From the NCBI RefSeq assembly GCF_022045235.1, contig NW_027266273.1:28706001-28770000 (forward strand): a stretch of 64,000 nucleotides of DNA. The letters are read 5' to 3'. A program made the position numbers and the translations under genes. The notes beneath the pieces were generated by a model. The model saw only the letters and a program-made list of their open reading frames with translations. It made no database searches and was not told the DNA's origin. The first letter of the stretch is position 1. Each line of letters starts with the position of its first letter. This stretch comes from Haliotis cracherodii (lineage: Eukaryota). Below, piece by piece: positions 24,700 to 36,334 of this stretch.

Positions 24700-25680
24700 C
24701 CTGTGTTACGGCCCGGCGGGATATTGGAAGACATTGCTCGGTCCCAGTAGACCGAGGTACAATTTTCGCATTACCCTCACCAAGCCCTCCCTGATTAACG
24801 CGACCTTGTTACCAGTTGGAAGTCCGCTTCTGTGAGCACAGCAACGTGAACGACAGCATAATTCGTCTGCGGAAACCCTATGTGGCACTGAGTGTTAAAC
24901 AATGCATACCGAGGCTCAGTGGGAGACACATATATTTGTCAATGACCAATAAAGTTCGATCAAACGATCATGATTGAGAGAAATTGGTCTGAGTTTGTAT
25001 GTGGGCAAAAGTATTGTCATTTTGAGTCCTGAAATTTGACTAACTGATCGACTGAATTTTACACCCTTGATATATGGAACATTTGTTTGGATTTGTTACC
25101 AACAGCAGATTTCCCATTTACTTGATAACTGATGGATGTAGAGAAGACAATTTAGAATGACTTGAAATATTCAGAGAGTCTTAATCCTTTTTTCGACTTA
25201 TTTGGTGTAACTTCAATCGTTAGATTCGGGAACATTTCACAGAACTCGATCGTGCTCAAAGGGCAAGGAGTAAGTAAGTTAGTTTCTTCTCGTGTTCCAC
25301 TTTGCTAACTGACTTGGAGGTCAGACTCGGTGACTGGTCAAAATAAGATTTAAATGATCTGTCTAATGCCATTAGAGACACACAATCATAAGTCATAAAA
25401 ATGAGCAGTATCCCTTGTTTTGATGTACTCCTAGTGTAAATTAGATTCCTCGTATCTTAATTTAGAACCTCGCGTTCTGCATTAAGGAGTAAGTATACTG
25501 TGCCTGAGGGGAGCGTCTAGGTTTAACTGTGGCATGTTATGTCAGTGATCTAGCACTCTTAAGTCCCGCATTATTCCGGGCTTGTACATGCTGCCACGCA
25601 CAAGTGGATGCACGTCGGTGTGTAGGTGGAATAATGTTGAACGCGACCTTCAGCCCCATGCCACCTCCCCTCACGTGATA
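24700..25680 (+). mobile_element. Decayed DIRS/Ngaro-like tyrosine-recombinase retrotransposon 3' part
   Basis: Broken translations LREI...TDRLN (RNase H end), LFGVTSIVRFGNI (FxxxxRxxN-like) and RLGDWSK (GDW), followed by a terminal-repeat-like segment (tgtggcatgt...ccgggctt...ccacctcccc). Confidence 0.35.
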
Positions 25681-25748
25681 AGAGTAGCGTGACGTATCAA
25701 TCACTTGGGGAACAACGGGGACGTGCTTCCCCTTACATTGTACACGCG

Positions 25749-26500
25749 ATGTTTATCCTTACAGCTGCCGTAATTTTGTCATCATTAAATGTCCATCCTA
25801 AACAGCTGCCGTAATATTGTCATCATTAGATGTCCATACTAAACAGCTGCCGTAATATTGACATCATTAAATGTCCAAACTAAACAACTGACGTAATATT
25901 GTCATCATTAAATGTCCATACTAAACAGCTGACGTAATATTGTCATCATTAAATGTCCATACTAAACACCTGACGTAATATTGTCATCATTAAATGTCCA
26001 TACTAAGCAACTGACGTAATATTGTCATCATTATTGACATAATGTCGATACTAAACAAGTGGCGTAGTTCTGATATCATTATTGACATAATGTCGATACT
26101 AAACAGCTGACGTAATACAGTTATCAATAAATGTTGATGCTAAACAGCTTACGTAATACTGTTATCATTAAATATGGACACTAAACAACTGACGTAGTAC
26201 TATTATCAATAAATGTCGATACTAAACAACTGACGTAATATTGTTTTCATTAAATGTTGATGCCAAAAAGCTGACGTAGTACTATTATCAATAAATGTCG
26301 ATACTAAAAAACTGACGTAATATTGTTTTCATTAAATGTTGACACTAAACAAGTGACGTGGTACTATTATCAATAAATGTCGACACTAAACAGCTGACGT
26401 AATACGTTTATCAATAAATGTCGATACTAAACAACTGACGTAATACTGTTAAATATAAACACTTAACAGCTTACGTAATAATGTTATCATTATTGACATA
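25749..26500. repeat. Minisatellite, 41-bp unit, ~18 copies
   Basis: Unit aaacagctgacgtaatattgtcatcattaaatgtccatact. Confidence 0.95.
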
Positions 26501-26921
26501 ATTATTACTTAAGCCATTGTATTCTTACTGATGAGGTCACCTCTTGACGTAATGACGTTGCGTGTATATTTATCTACAACAGATATTTTGCTTCACAAGC
26601 ATAACAATATGTTTACTTCTTTCCTGTGTGTTCCTGCAGCACCACACACATGGCGGATGGGGATAGAGATCGGTGCATCTCGTCACAGATGCAATCCCGG
26701 CAGCCACACAACAAACATTGAAATAGATTTCCTGATCCGCTGTATTGACCCATGTGTTCTGTTCCCGGGTTGTAGCCTGGTATTATTCCGTCGTTTGGGC
26801 GCAATCCCCACCTTCATTCAGACGGCATGTGTGTTCTGCCTAATGTCTCTTTCATGTCCTCAGTCTACGAGCGACGTCTCATCTGCATGCCTTGTTGACG
26901 ACCTGCATAGACCAAAACACC

Positions 26922-27050
26922 AGTGAGTGAGTGAGTGAGTGAGTGAGTGAGTGAGTGAGTGAGTGAGTTGCATCACGGGGCCTGTTTGATGGGAGAGAGA
27001 GCTGGGTTTCACGCCGCTTTTAACAGGTTTTCTGATATTTTACGGCGGGT
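26922..27050 (-). repeat. (GAGT)n microsatellite with adjacent decayed SINE tail
   Basis: Pure GAGT run at 26922-26968; tttcacgccgcttttaaca...tacggcgg follows. Confidence 0.8.
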
Positions 27051-27168
27051 CTGTTTGATGGGGCGGGGGTTGGGGCGCGAGATAGTTTGTTTTATCGCCG
27101 TATTTCAAGTGTATCACTGCGAGCTATCACAGTTTGGGATGGACGCCCGGAGTGATGAATGTCTTAGA

Positions 27169-27524
27169 GTTGAGGCGAAATGGGATTAAACGTCAGGTTC
27201 AAGATTATTGCCCTTATATAGCGGAGTGTGTGTGCGTGCGTGCGTGCATGCGTGTGTGTGTGTGTGGCTGCTAGTACTAGTCCGGACTGATGCCGATTTA
27301 TAGTGCTAGCTCACTGATCTACCATGCCGCAGTTTAGCATGAATACCCCGCTCAGACACAGTATACTGACTCCGAGCCGACAAGTCCTTGTTTTAGCCCC
27401 TTAATGCCGAGTGCCAAACAGGGTAACAACAAGTACGTCTTTTGGTACAAGGCGGCCGGGGATCGAACCTCGGACTTTCCGCTCTCCGGATGAACGCTCT
27501 ACCACTCGATCACGGCGGCGGTCC
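27169..27524 (-). mobile_element. tRNA-derived SINE with Meta/MESC-like central domain and TSD
   Basis: Minus-strand head gtggtagagcgttc...ggttcgatccccggccg; central tggcactcggcattaaggg. Flanks gaatgtcttaga / gaatgtctgaga. Homologue at 43863. Confidence 0.87.
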
Positions 27525-27676
27525 GAATGTCTGAGACGTTTACCAGTGTGGATGAAACCCACCAGCCACAGCATGACAAACCAGGAATTGTGATCAGCGC
27601 AAATCTGGGACGCCATCCAGCAACTGTATAATACCGACACATCGCAGGAACGCAAGATATACATCAGCAACATACG

Positions 27677-27800
27677 GTTCCTCGTCACACCGAAGGTCCG
27701 GGTTCTATTCCTCACATGGGAACAATGTGTAAACTCGAGCTCCCACGCCGTAATAGTGCCGAAATATTGCTAAAAGCGGCGTAAAAACATGCTCACTCAC
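27677..27800 (+). mobile_element. tRNA-Asp-like SINE, decayed
   Basis: Homologous to 57641-57804. B-box-like ggttctattcc and the shared tail aatattgctaaaagcggcgtaaaa. Confidence 0.75.
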
Positions 27801-28154
27801 ATACGGCTTCTCTCATGGCTGGGCCACCCATCCAACTATTTCAATGATGAAACAGTTTTATCGTGAAACTGTATGATAAACATTACCACTGGAAACATTC
27901 GATTTCCTCTCTCTATTTTGGATATCGTCTTACCCTTGTGTTATAAGACCTTTACTGTCTTCATAATACTATTGACTCTGTAGGAGCAGGCAAACAGACA
28001 GCGTACCTCTAAGTAGTTATACTGCGTCCTCAGTCTCGAACGTGAGGACTCTTGAATTATCTTGTTTGGAGATTCGAACTTTCTGTGAAGGCGGTATTTG
28101 TTTTGGCTAGCTGTATTACTCCAAGGAGTAGTCAGTTAAAAAAGTCAGCTCCAG

Positions 28155-28343
28155 TTGAACAACTATTTTGAGATCATTTTTGTTTCTCCAATATCATATA
28201 AATCAGTTTTCTGTAAAGACAAAGACGTCATGACTAGATGTCAAATAATTGTGTTTGCGAAGCCTCAGTGGACTCGTACATCAACTCTCTATGCAACTGA
28301 AAGAGAAATCTTGTCAGTCCTTATTTATTTTAATCATCACTAA
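28155..28343 (+). pseudogene. Possible Gypsy-type RNase H remnant
   Basis: IVFAKPQWTRTSTLYATEREILSVL resembles IAYASxxLxxxxxxYxxxERExLAV. Confidence 0.3.
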
Positions 28344-30031
28344 CTTGAGTTATGATTATTCATGATATGACGCGAGATTAGGATCATAAAGAATTGAAGT
28401 CGTGGACAATATTCTGTTAAGTAAACACACTTTCTGTTGTACTGTTGACCATGACGCTATAACCAGTACTCACTGATGGAAAGTCCTGGGCCGCGTAAAC
28501 ACAGGTCGAATGTGTTATTCTAACGAAAATGTCTGAACCTTTTACATCACTGCCAGCAATCACTTTCCTTCATCATATACATCAGCAGGAATGAGAGTTT
28601 ATGAAAACGTAGATGCAGTGTGGATGTAATGATATTTCTCACGGAGCGTGTTATGATAATACTCTGTCAATAACAATGTAAAGGTCAAATATTGTTCTTG
28701 CCTGGACGTATTATGGTGAAATATAGATGTGTACAAGTGTACGCACTGGGACCAGACCTGAACAACGCTCTATTCATGTTGGAAAGTCAGTGAATGAGTG
28801 AGTGAGTGACTTTGGTTCAACAGTATTGCAGTTATATCCAGGCGTATATCCAGGCGTGTCAGCCGAAGGAATGCAGGCTGACCACTTGACGGACATAGTG
28901 TTGATATCCCCAGACAAATAATCAGAAATACAATCTGGTATCCGAAGGCACAATCAAACATTTCTTTTACGTTCAAATTAACGTATAAAATTGTGAGTGG
29001 TCGCTATACATTTGCAAACAATCTCAAAGCGTTTAAATATAATGTGTGGTACATCTTTCTGAAATCTACGTTTGTTCTCATTTAATAGTAATTGATTACA
29101 GTGTTAAACAGTGTTCGTCTCACATCCAGGTGTCTCTCTGTAAGGGTCAAGCACCTGCTATTCGTCACCAGTGAGCACTGATTTCAAAGACTTTGTTCAT
29201 GATATCAATATATCAAATCGAAAAGACATAACAAACAACATATGAAAAATAGTAATACTGTTTTAAATGTTAATAAGATGTCTTTCTGGTGTCTGAAATA
29301 CAAAATAATTAAGATTTTAAAATCCAATGTTGCAACGTCTTTGCATTGTAACAATTAAGTTTTGAAAACAATCCTACTCAACCCTGCTTTTGACACACCG
29401 GTACCGCCTGATGTCTATCTATCATCCGTCTGTGCTACATAGGGTCTCCATCATTAACACAAACAGCTTCTGTACTGAAGAACACGACATAAAACAAAAG
29501 AACTCGGAGACAAGAATATGTCCGACTCTACCCAGAAAAATGATGGCGTTCAAAGAATGTTTGCTGGTAAACGAGAACAATAAATACTTCCCACGTTCAT
29601 CATCTGCTCATCGTGTGTTCATCAGCTGGACGCGCCTCCCCGTGTCAAGTTATCGACAGACAAGCGAGTGTTTCTCTGCTTTTCGTGTCAGCGATAAATC
29701 TCGGAGATGTTATCTTCGTTCAAACTGTGCAGAACAAACATAAACAATAACACGCTCAATAACGCAAATAAACTTTATTCCAATAAAAGTTTACTGAGAC
29801 GACGAACGGCCCTGCGGCAGTGGATCAAACTTATCTACCATTGTTTGATGGACAACTCAGCATGTACACACCGGGTATGCAGTATTCAGCACAGAGAAAA
29901 TGTGGAATTCAAAATAAAGCAAGGAACACTTAGGTCAACACAGAGAAAGCGGCATGGAAAGAGTAACGGAATGTACACGGGACGTAAGTGCCCTGATGCC
30001 AGGATGTGGGAGAGTCTCGTAGTTAAAGGTT

Positions 30032-30391
30032 AACTGTCTGTATACACTTACATAAGACCCAACGTTGATGCAGCAACTGTCTGTATACACTTACATAAGA
30101 CCCAACGTTGATGCAGCAGTTGTCTGTATACACTTACATAAGACTCAACGCTGATGCAGCAACTGTCTGTATACACTTACATAAGACTCAACGCTGATGC
30201 AGCAACTGTCTGTATACACTTACATAAGACTCAACGCTGATGCAGCATCTGTCTGTATACACTTCCATAAGACTCAACGCTGATGCAGCATCTGTCTGTA
30301 TACACTTACATAAGACTCAACGTTGATGCAGCAACTGTCTGTATACACTTACATAAGACTCAATGTTGATGCAGCAACTGTCTGTATACAC
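30032..30391. repeat. Minisatellite, 43-bp unit, ~8 copies
   Basis: Unit aactgtctgtatacacttacataagactcaacgttgatgcagc. Confidence 0.97.
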
Positions 30392-30428
30392 GTACATACG
30401 ACAATGACATTTTATGCATTTTGATTTT

Positions 30429-30490
30429 GTATAGTGGTCCAATCCGTCGCCATGCCATGAAACGCTGGCGTAGGTTCGAGTCCCAGCTCC
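30429..30490 (+). mobile_element. tRNA-like SINE head fragment
   Basis: A-box-like gtatagtgg and B box ggttcgagtccc; no intact cloverleaf. Confidence 0.45.
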
Positions 30491-32717
30491 ACACAGTGTC
30501 TGGTTTGTCTGCACCATACACGGTACAGTGGTCGTGGAATGGTTAGCGACTCCCACCTCAAGCGAAGATCCGTCATTGAACTGAACTACTGCAACATTAA
30601 CACGCTGAACACATTCGCCAGGGCCGCGTTCTTTTAATATTCCAGTTGTTTCCTGTTAAGTAAAACACACTGACATTGCTAATGAGGGTGATTGCAACTA
30701 TCCCCCTGAAATGTACACTGGAAAATAATGGAAAGTCTTAAGCAGTTTTACATTTTAAGACCAAGCAAAACGTGAAAAAAAGCTAATACAAGAATATTAT
30801 TGGCAACCAAGATATTCCATAAATCGTGTACATAGAAGTTCTCGGAAACATGCGGAGCGATCAGACAGCTAATCTATAGCAGAGAGAGAAATCGATGAAC
30901 AACAACAACAGCATCGGTGACGTCGCCACCCATCACACACGCCACACTGTCCTCCCAGCGTCCAAGCTTTCACTTGCCCAGGTAAGTGATATCCTTCCCA
31001 CTCAGCAATGTACAATTTGGAACACCGTAACAATGAGAATATTGTCATAAATGTCAGATTTCAGTACAGGAAATTGAATTGCCTGTGAATCGACGATTGT
31101 AGAGATGGACGACAGTTGTATTTGACAATGTTATACGACACAGGTTAAGATGAAGTCACAGAGAGATACAAATCAAAGTCGAGGCATGTAAGGAAAACAC
31201 TCCCAATCCTTAATCAGGGGAAAGCTGTGCTGAAAGCAAATTTCATATTCTATAGCCACTAGATTGAAAGTTTTGTGTTTATGAATCACTATCAAAATAG
31301 AATAGGGGTGATACCACGTGTTCACGAAAACACATGCAAAGCCAAGTCAACTGTTAAATTGACAAAGGTCACATCAATACACACCATACAACATGATACA
31401 TCATGATACAACACCGAATGGAGATGTATCGGTACAATTGTGAACGGTTACAGTTGACAGAAGGCCTGGTGAACGGCTTGTACTCACACTGTATTTACTG
31501 CGCAGAGTGTCTAGTGAAAGTAAAACGCAAGAAACTGCAAATAAAAGGATGTTCGTAGATTGTTTAGGGATCAGTGTATAATCAAAAGGGACTTTTTTAT
31601 ACTATTCGCATAGTCATGAATGTGTTTTTGTAAATGTATATTTTTTTTATAAAAGAGACGAAATGTGAGCACATATTTTGATGCTGAATATTTAGCAGTG
31701 AAGGAAAGGGTGTTTACTCTTTCATAAATCAACAGCATTATAACAGAACCCCTCGGTAAATGATATCTGCTCAGTTCTAATGATATCATCATGTGTATAT
31801 GTGCTTACGCTCATTAAAAAAAGTCATAATTACTTTAAAGTTTAGATAGCAATACATGTGTCTCATCAAATATTTACCGAAGACCTATCGAATGTCACAC
31901 ACTATGACAAGGAGGCTCTGGCTGACAGTCAGCTGGTAGCCTGCACCGAATGTTTAACTATTTCAATTTCAAAAGTATTGCGGTACAATGAACAGATCCT
32001 TCTATCAATGCTGAGGAGAAAATATTGCATTAAACATAATCACTGTAGAAATAATGTGGTTTAAAGATTAACCGTGACATATTTTCTTCTTTCCTTCGTC
32101 TGAATAAAGAGAAACCTGGTTAGTCCGATCAACCCTCTTTGCAGTGAATCGTGCCGTGAACGTCTATTCTGAAAGAGGCATAAATAATACATTGTTTGTG
32201 GATAACTTCTTTAATAAGAAAACTAGCAGAAGCAGTCCACATTGGCCGCCGCAAGCCACCAATCAACAGAGATCAAGGCTATTTTATCCCATCCGCCTAC
32301 TATGAACTCATTAAGCAATAATCACTTATCCTGTTTAATTGGCTTCATGTCCCCTTGGCGTGCACCAACGTGTTCTCTGTCCAACGTGTTGTGACAGTAT
32401 TATCCTTCTATTGTCATTACTTACTCATGTTATCCCACTCATCTATGCAATTGTTGATACTGTTCATCCTCCACCTACTATATATTTTCTGTACAATGTC
32501 CCTCATTCAGTCCTGCTTGACACCGGTATAAGGATCCCTACCGAAACGTCGCTTTTTGCAGTATTAAAGAGGTTTTTATCCATAAATTGTGTCTACTTTG
32601 TCAATCGTCAACCTCTAAGTAATGCCTATCAATTCAAATAATATACTATTCGCTAATCATGATACGTGTTAAAACATACATATACAGGTCTATAGTCTTT
32701 GTAACGTTGTTCATCGG

Positions 32718-32865
32718 GTGAATGAGGACAGGAAGTAGTCTTGAGATGAACTGATGAAGGGGCACGTACAGCACTGAAATGTCGTTTACTCAATGAAAGG
32801 GCAAGAGTAGTCCTGAACGTCGTTTACTTGATTAAGTGGCAAAAGTAGCAACTGAAACGTCGTTA
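32718..32865 (+). ncRNA. Tandem array of four minimal hammerhead-ribozyme-like motifs (degenerate)
   Basis: ~37-40-nt units of (c/t)tgatga - stem II hairpin - gaaacgtc - gtt; each copy has some core changes. Confidence 0.5.
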
Positions 32866-32933
32866 CAAACAGTAAAGAAAGTAAGAGAGAGAGTTTATGG
32901 ATGTTAACTTGTTTATATCGAGGAACAAAGCAA

Positions 32934-32980
32934 ACATCACCTGATGAAGGAGTAACTTGATACTCCGACACGTTGTGTGT
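32934..32980 (+). ncRNA. Minimal type I hammerhead-ribozyme-like motif (GAAA>GACA)
   Basis: acatcac-CTGATGA-a-ggagta-acttga-tactcc-GACA-cgtt-gtgtgt. Stem II is a perfect 6 bp; stem I is aca(t)cac/gtgtgt. Confidence 0.6.
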
Positions 32981-34138
32981 CTCATAATAAAGAAGTTGAC
33001 TGCCACAAATTCTCTCTCTTCATGCCCATCAAGGACCTGGTACGTATTTGTGAGAACCACTCTCCTGAGAACTGTACCGTCCGGATTAATGAGGTTGCCC
33101 GATTAACGAGGTGTCTCGCGCACTTTCGTCTGTGTGTCGCGAAGTATGTTGACACACTTGTAAAACTGCGAAGAGAGTACATGCAGGTGAGTGTTTTTCA
33201 TCTTCGGCCTACGTTCACCCAACTGTAAGAACACGTCCCAGATTCGGTTATGTCACTCACGAATACTCTCAGAACCAAGTAATGTTCTTTGGCGTTGAAT
33301 ACATTTGGTGTTCAACATGCGATATGAGCATTTTGACAGTACTCAGTTTGGTGAAGTGTCTCAGATAGCAACACGTACAATATTTGAAACGGGTTCGTTA
33401 GGTGGAAATATCTGTTTATATCGATCCGACGAAATCAAGTTCATTTACCCAGCTTATGATTGTGACAGATTTCAAGGCAAGTATTTGTTATGGTGGAATA
33501 AGGCTACAGATTCAGCCCTGACTGTTTCGTCCGGCCATCCGGAAAGCTATTGTCGTGTGATGCAGAATCGATAGCCCTGGCCTTTTTCAGCTCTCATTTT
33601 CATTGTATCAATGTTAAGTGGTCGGCGTGATTGAGCATAGTTCATGCTTAATTTAATCTGGTTCACTTGAATCACATGACACAGATTTAGTCCCGGCATG
33701 TTTGATGTGAATCGCATGAAGACCAGTTCCTGACAGCTGGACTCGGGAGATCATGACGGGAAATCTACCTGGAGTGCGGGAAGTGAAGATGTTATCTCCG
33801 GAACTTCTAGCCTGACCTGATGCGGAATACATTAGCCAGATATTGCGATATAACATTCGTTGCCCGTCTATAGAATCAGTGCTTGATGCGCGTATGTCTT
33901 CGACATGGTTGTATCTGTTTTATGAGAAAGCAGCAGTTGTGAATAATTCATGTGGTGGTTCTTGATATGTGTATCATGTCTGTGTAGACATTGGGACTTT
34001 CAAATTCTGAATACATATTTCATGTCTAAGATTACGTTCCATGTTAGTTCAGCTTCTGTATCAGAAGGATGCTTTCATAGTGAGAATCTTCATTTATAGC
34101 GACAGTAAAACGTGAAACATTCTGATTACAAACTCCTT

Positions 34139-34659
34139 TATAGGTCTGGAATCCCAACATACATGAAGCGAGGTTTAGCACGGACTTGTATATTATATAG
34201 GTCTGGAATCCCAACATACATGAAGCGAGGTTTAGCGCGGACTTGTATATTATATAGGTCTGGAATCCCAACATACATGAAGCGAGGTTTAGCGCGGACT
34301 TGTATATTATATAGATCTGGAATCCCAACATACATGAAGCGAGGTTTAGCACGGACTTGTATATTATATAGGTCTGGAATCCCAACATACATGACGCGAG
34401 GTTTAGCGCGGACTTGTATATTATATAGATCTGGAATCCCAACATACATGAAGCGAGGTTTAGCACGGACTTGTATATTATATAGATCTGGAATCCCAAC
34501 ATACATGACGCGAGGTTTAGCACGGACTTGTATATTATATAGGTCTGGAATCCCAACATACATGAAGCGAGGTTTAGCACGGACTTGTATATTATATAGA
34601 TCTGGAATCCCAACATACATGAAGCGAGGTTTAGCACGGACTTGTATATTATATAGGTC
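34139..34659. repeat. Minisatellite, 57-bp unit, ~9 near-identical copies
   Basis: Unit ggtctggaatcccaacatacatgaagcgaggtttagcacggacttgtatattatata. Confidence 0.98.
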
Positions 34660-36334
34660 CGTGGGTTTAGGAAATAGTCCACAGAATGAGAAATATTTTC
34701 TACCTCAACAGTTCTGTCTGTGTAGTACAATACGATGAATATATTTTTACATAACGCAGGTGCTACGAGAAAGAGAGTTTGTGTAAATGTTGATTATGTT
34801 ACATAATGGAATTAACTCAATACAATCGTTCCCCGGTTTGGTATGGTTTGACATAATCTGGTAACGATAAAATATTGTATCTTTAATTTTGATTTTCTTT
34901 GAATGTCATCGAAAGGCATTATTCCGTAAGAATTACAGAGATCTGTTTTAGTGTATATTCCATTCAGCAACTAACTCCTTATAGAACCCGTATAAGGATA
35001 AGGAAGAGAAGTTATGGATGTCTACTGTCACACCATCACTACTGTTGACATGTACAGTTGTAAACTTAGAACCGGATGCCGTCCATATGTTGACAGGCTG
35101 TATATACTGTTCACAGACCGGAAATGTAAAACCATTTCTATATTCATGTGAAATCGCTGCTTAAAGCAGGGTCCATTGTACGATTCCGACTGTATCACGA
35201 GCTTGTGTGTATGAATCACCATCAAATAGTGATGATACCAGGCGAAAATTCATGTGAACGTATCTTGACCCACCGATGGCACTCGTCATAAACACATGCA
35301 AAGGCAAGTCAGTTACTCACCCCAAAAGGCACGGGAACAAATGGTACAAGTTAGAATAGGGAATTGCTTCGGACATCAGTTTTGTCACTGATGCGTCAAA
35401 TTAACAAATATCCTCTATCATTTTTGGAAAGCTTTATTGAGACCTTGTAATCCAGATCAGATAGAATAAGTCAGATGTTACTGATGTTCGCAAAAAGGTT
35501 CAGAAGCAGAAAAAAAACCACATCAACAATGACATTCAAGATCCGTGTAATACTGCACTTGATACATTAATGCTCGTATGACCTGTTTGACTCGATTAAA
35601 ATAACATCTGATATGGTCAGTATCACAGAATGCCGTCTCGCTTCCAGAAAGATGATTTTTTTTATCAATACAAAGTCAGCTTGGCATGCTTCAATGAAAC
35701 ACTACAATTGTGGATTTTCAAAGCAATTCGTGATGCAACTGCTTACATACGTGAGAGATAATATCTTAGATATATCCAGCAGATAGATCCTACTCTATCT
35801 CTCGTCATTAGCCGCGCAATCGGTTCAGTACATGCCTCAGGCTAGGCTTCAGTTTTTGTATTTAAAGAGTCGACAAACACCAAATTAGTCGATGGAAATT
35901 CACGATTTCACAATCAGCTGCCAGTGTGTAAAAGTCAAGTGTTTTCTGCCGATGAATCTTTATAGGATGTGAAGTTAGGTAACCAGGATACACATCCTCC
36001 GAGTCCTGGTTTCACAGCTTCTACCTGATTGAGCATTGAAGGGAATAGAAAATGCCCTTAAATGTAATCCGAAGCTGAAAAATCGAAGAGGGCAAATCTC
36101 TATCTTTTGTCAGCGTGTCATCTAGTGACGGGGTTGGAGAAGCCGCTCATTTGGCTGATTATTCCAACAGGATGCCTCGTTATTGGGGTTTACCTGACTT
36201 CTTGGGGTTAATCGACGTTATCACAAACCACCTTACAAGAAAGGCAGTGGCCTATTCAGTCTGATGGAAAACCGGAGGTTGTAAAATAATGAAATTACTG
36301 TGTGCCATGGAGTGGCACAACCATCTGCTTGACT

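Larger units (their letters stand above)
32480..33018 (+). mobile_element. Penelope-like element termini (pseudo-LTR remnants)
   Basis: ctgatgaag...gaaacgt...aataaag/attaaag...ccataaa architecture occurs twice. Inverted pair at 32886-32916 / 32986-33018. Confidence 0.55.

Noticed and set aside
26528-26560. ctgatgag-gtca..tgac-gtaa hammerhead-like string (also ctgatga at ~60215 and ~63805)
   Set aside because: Lacks GAAA directly after a proper stem II and lacks stems I/III.
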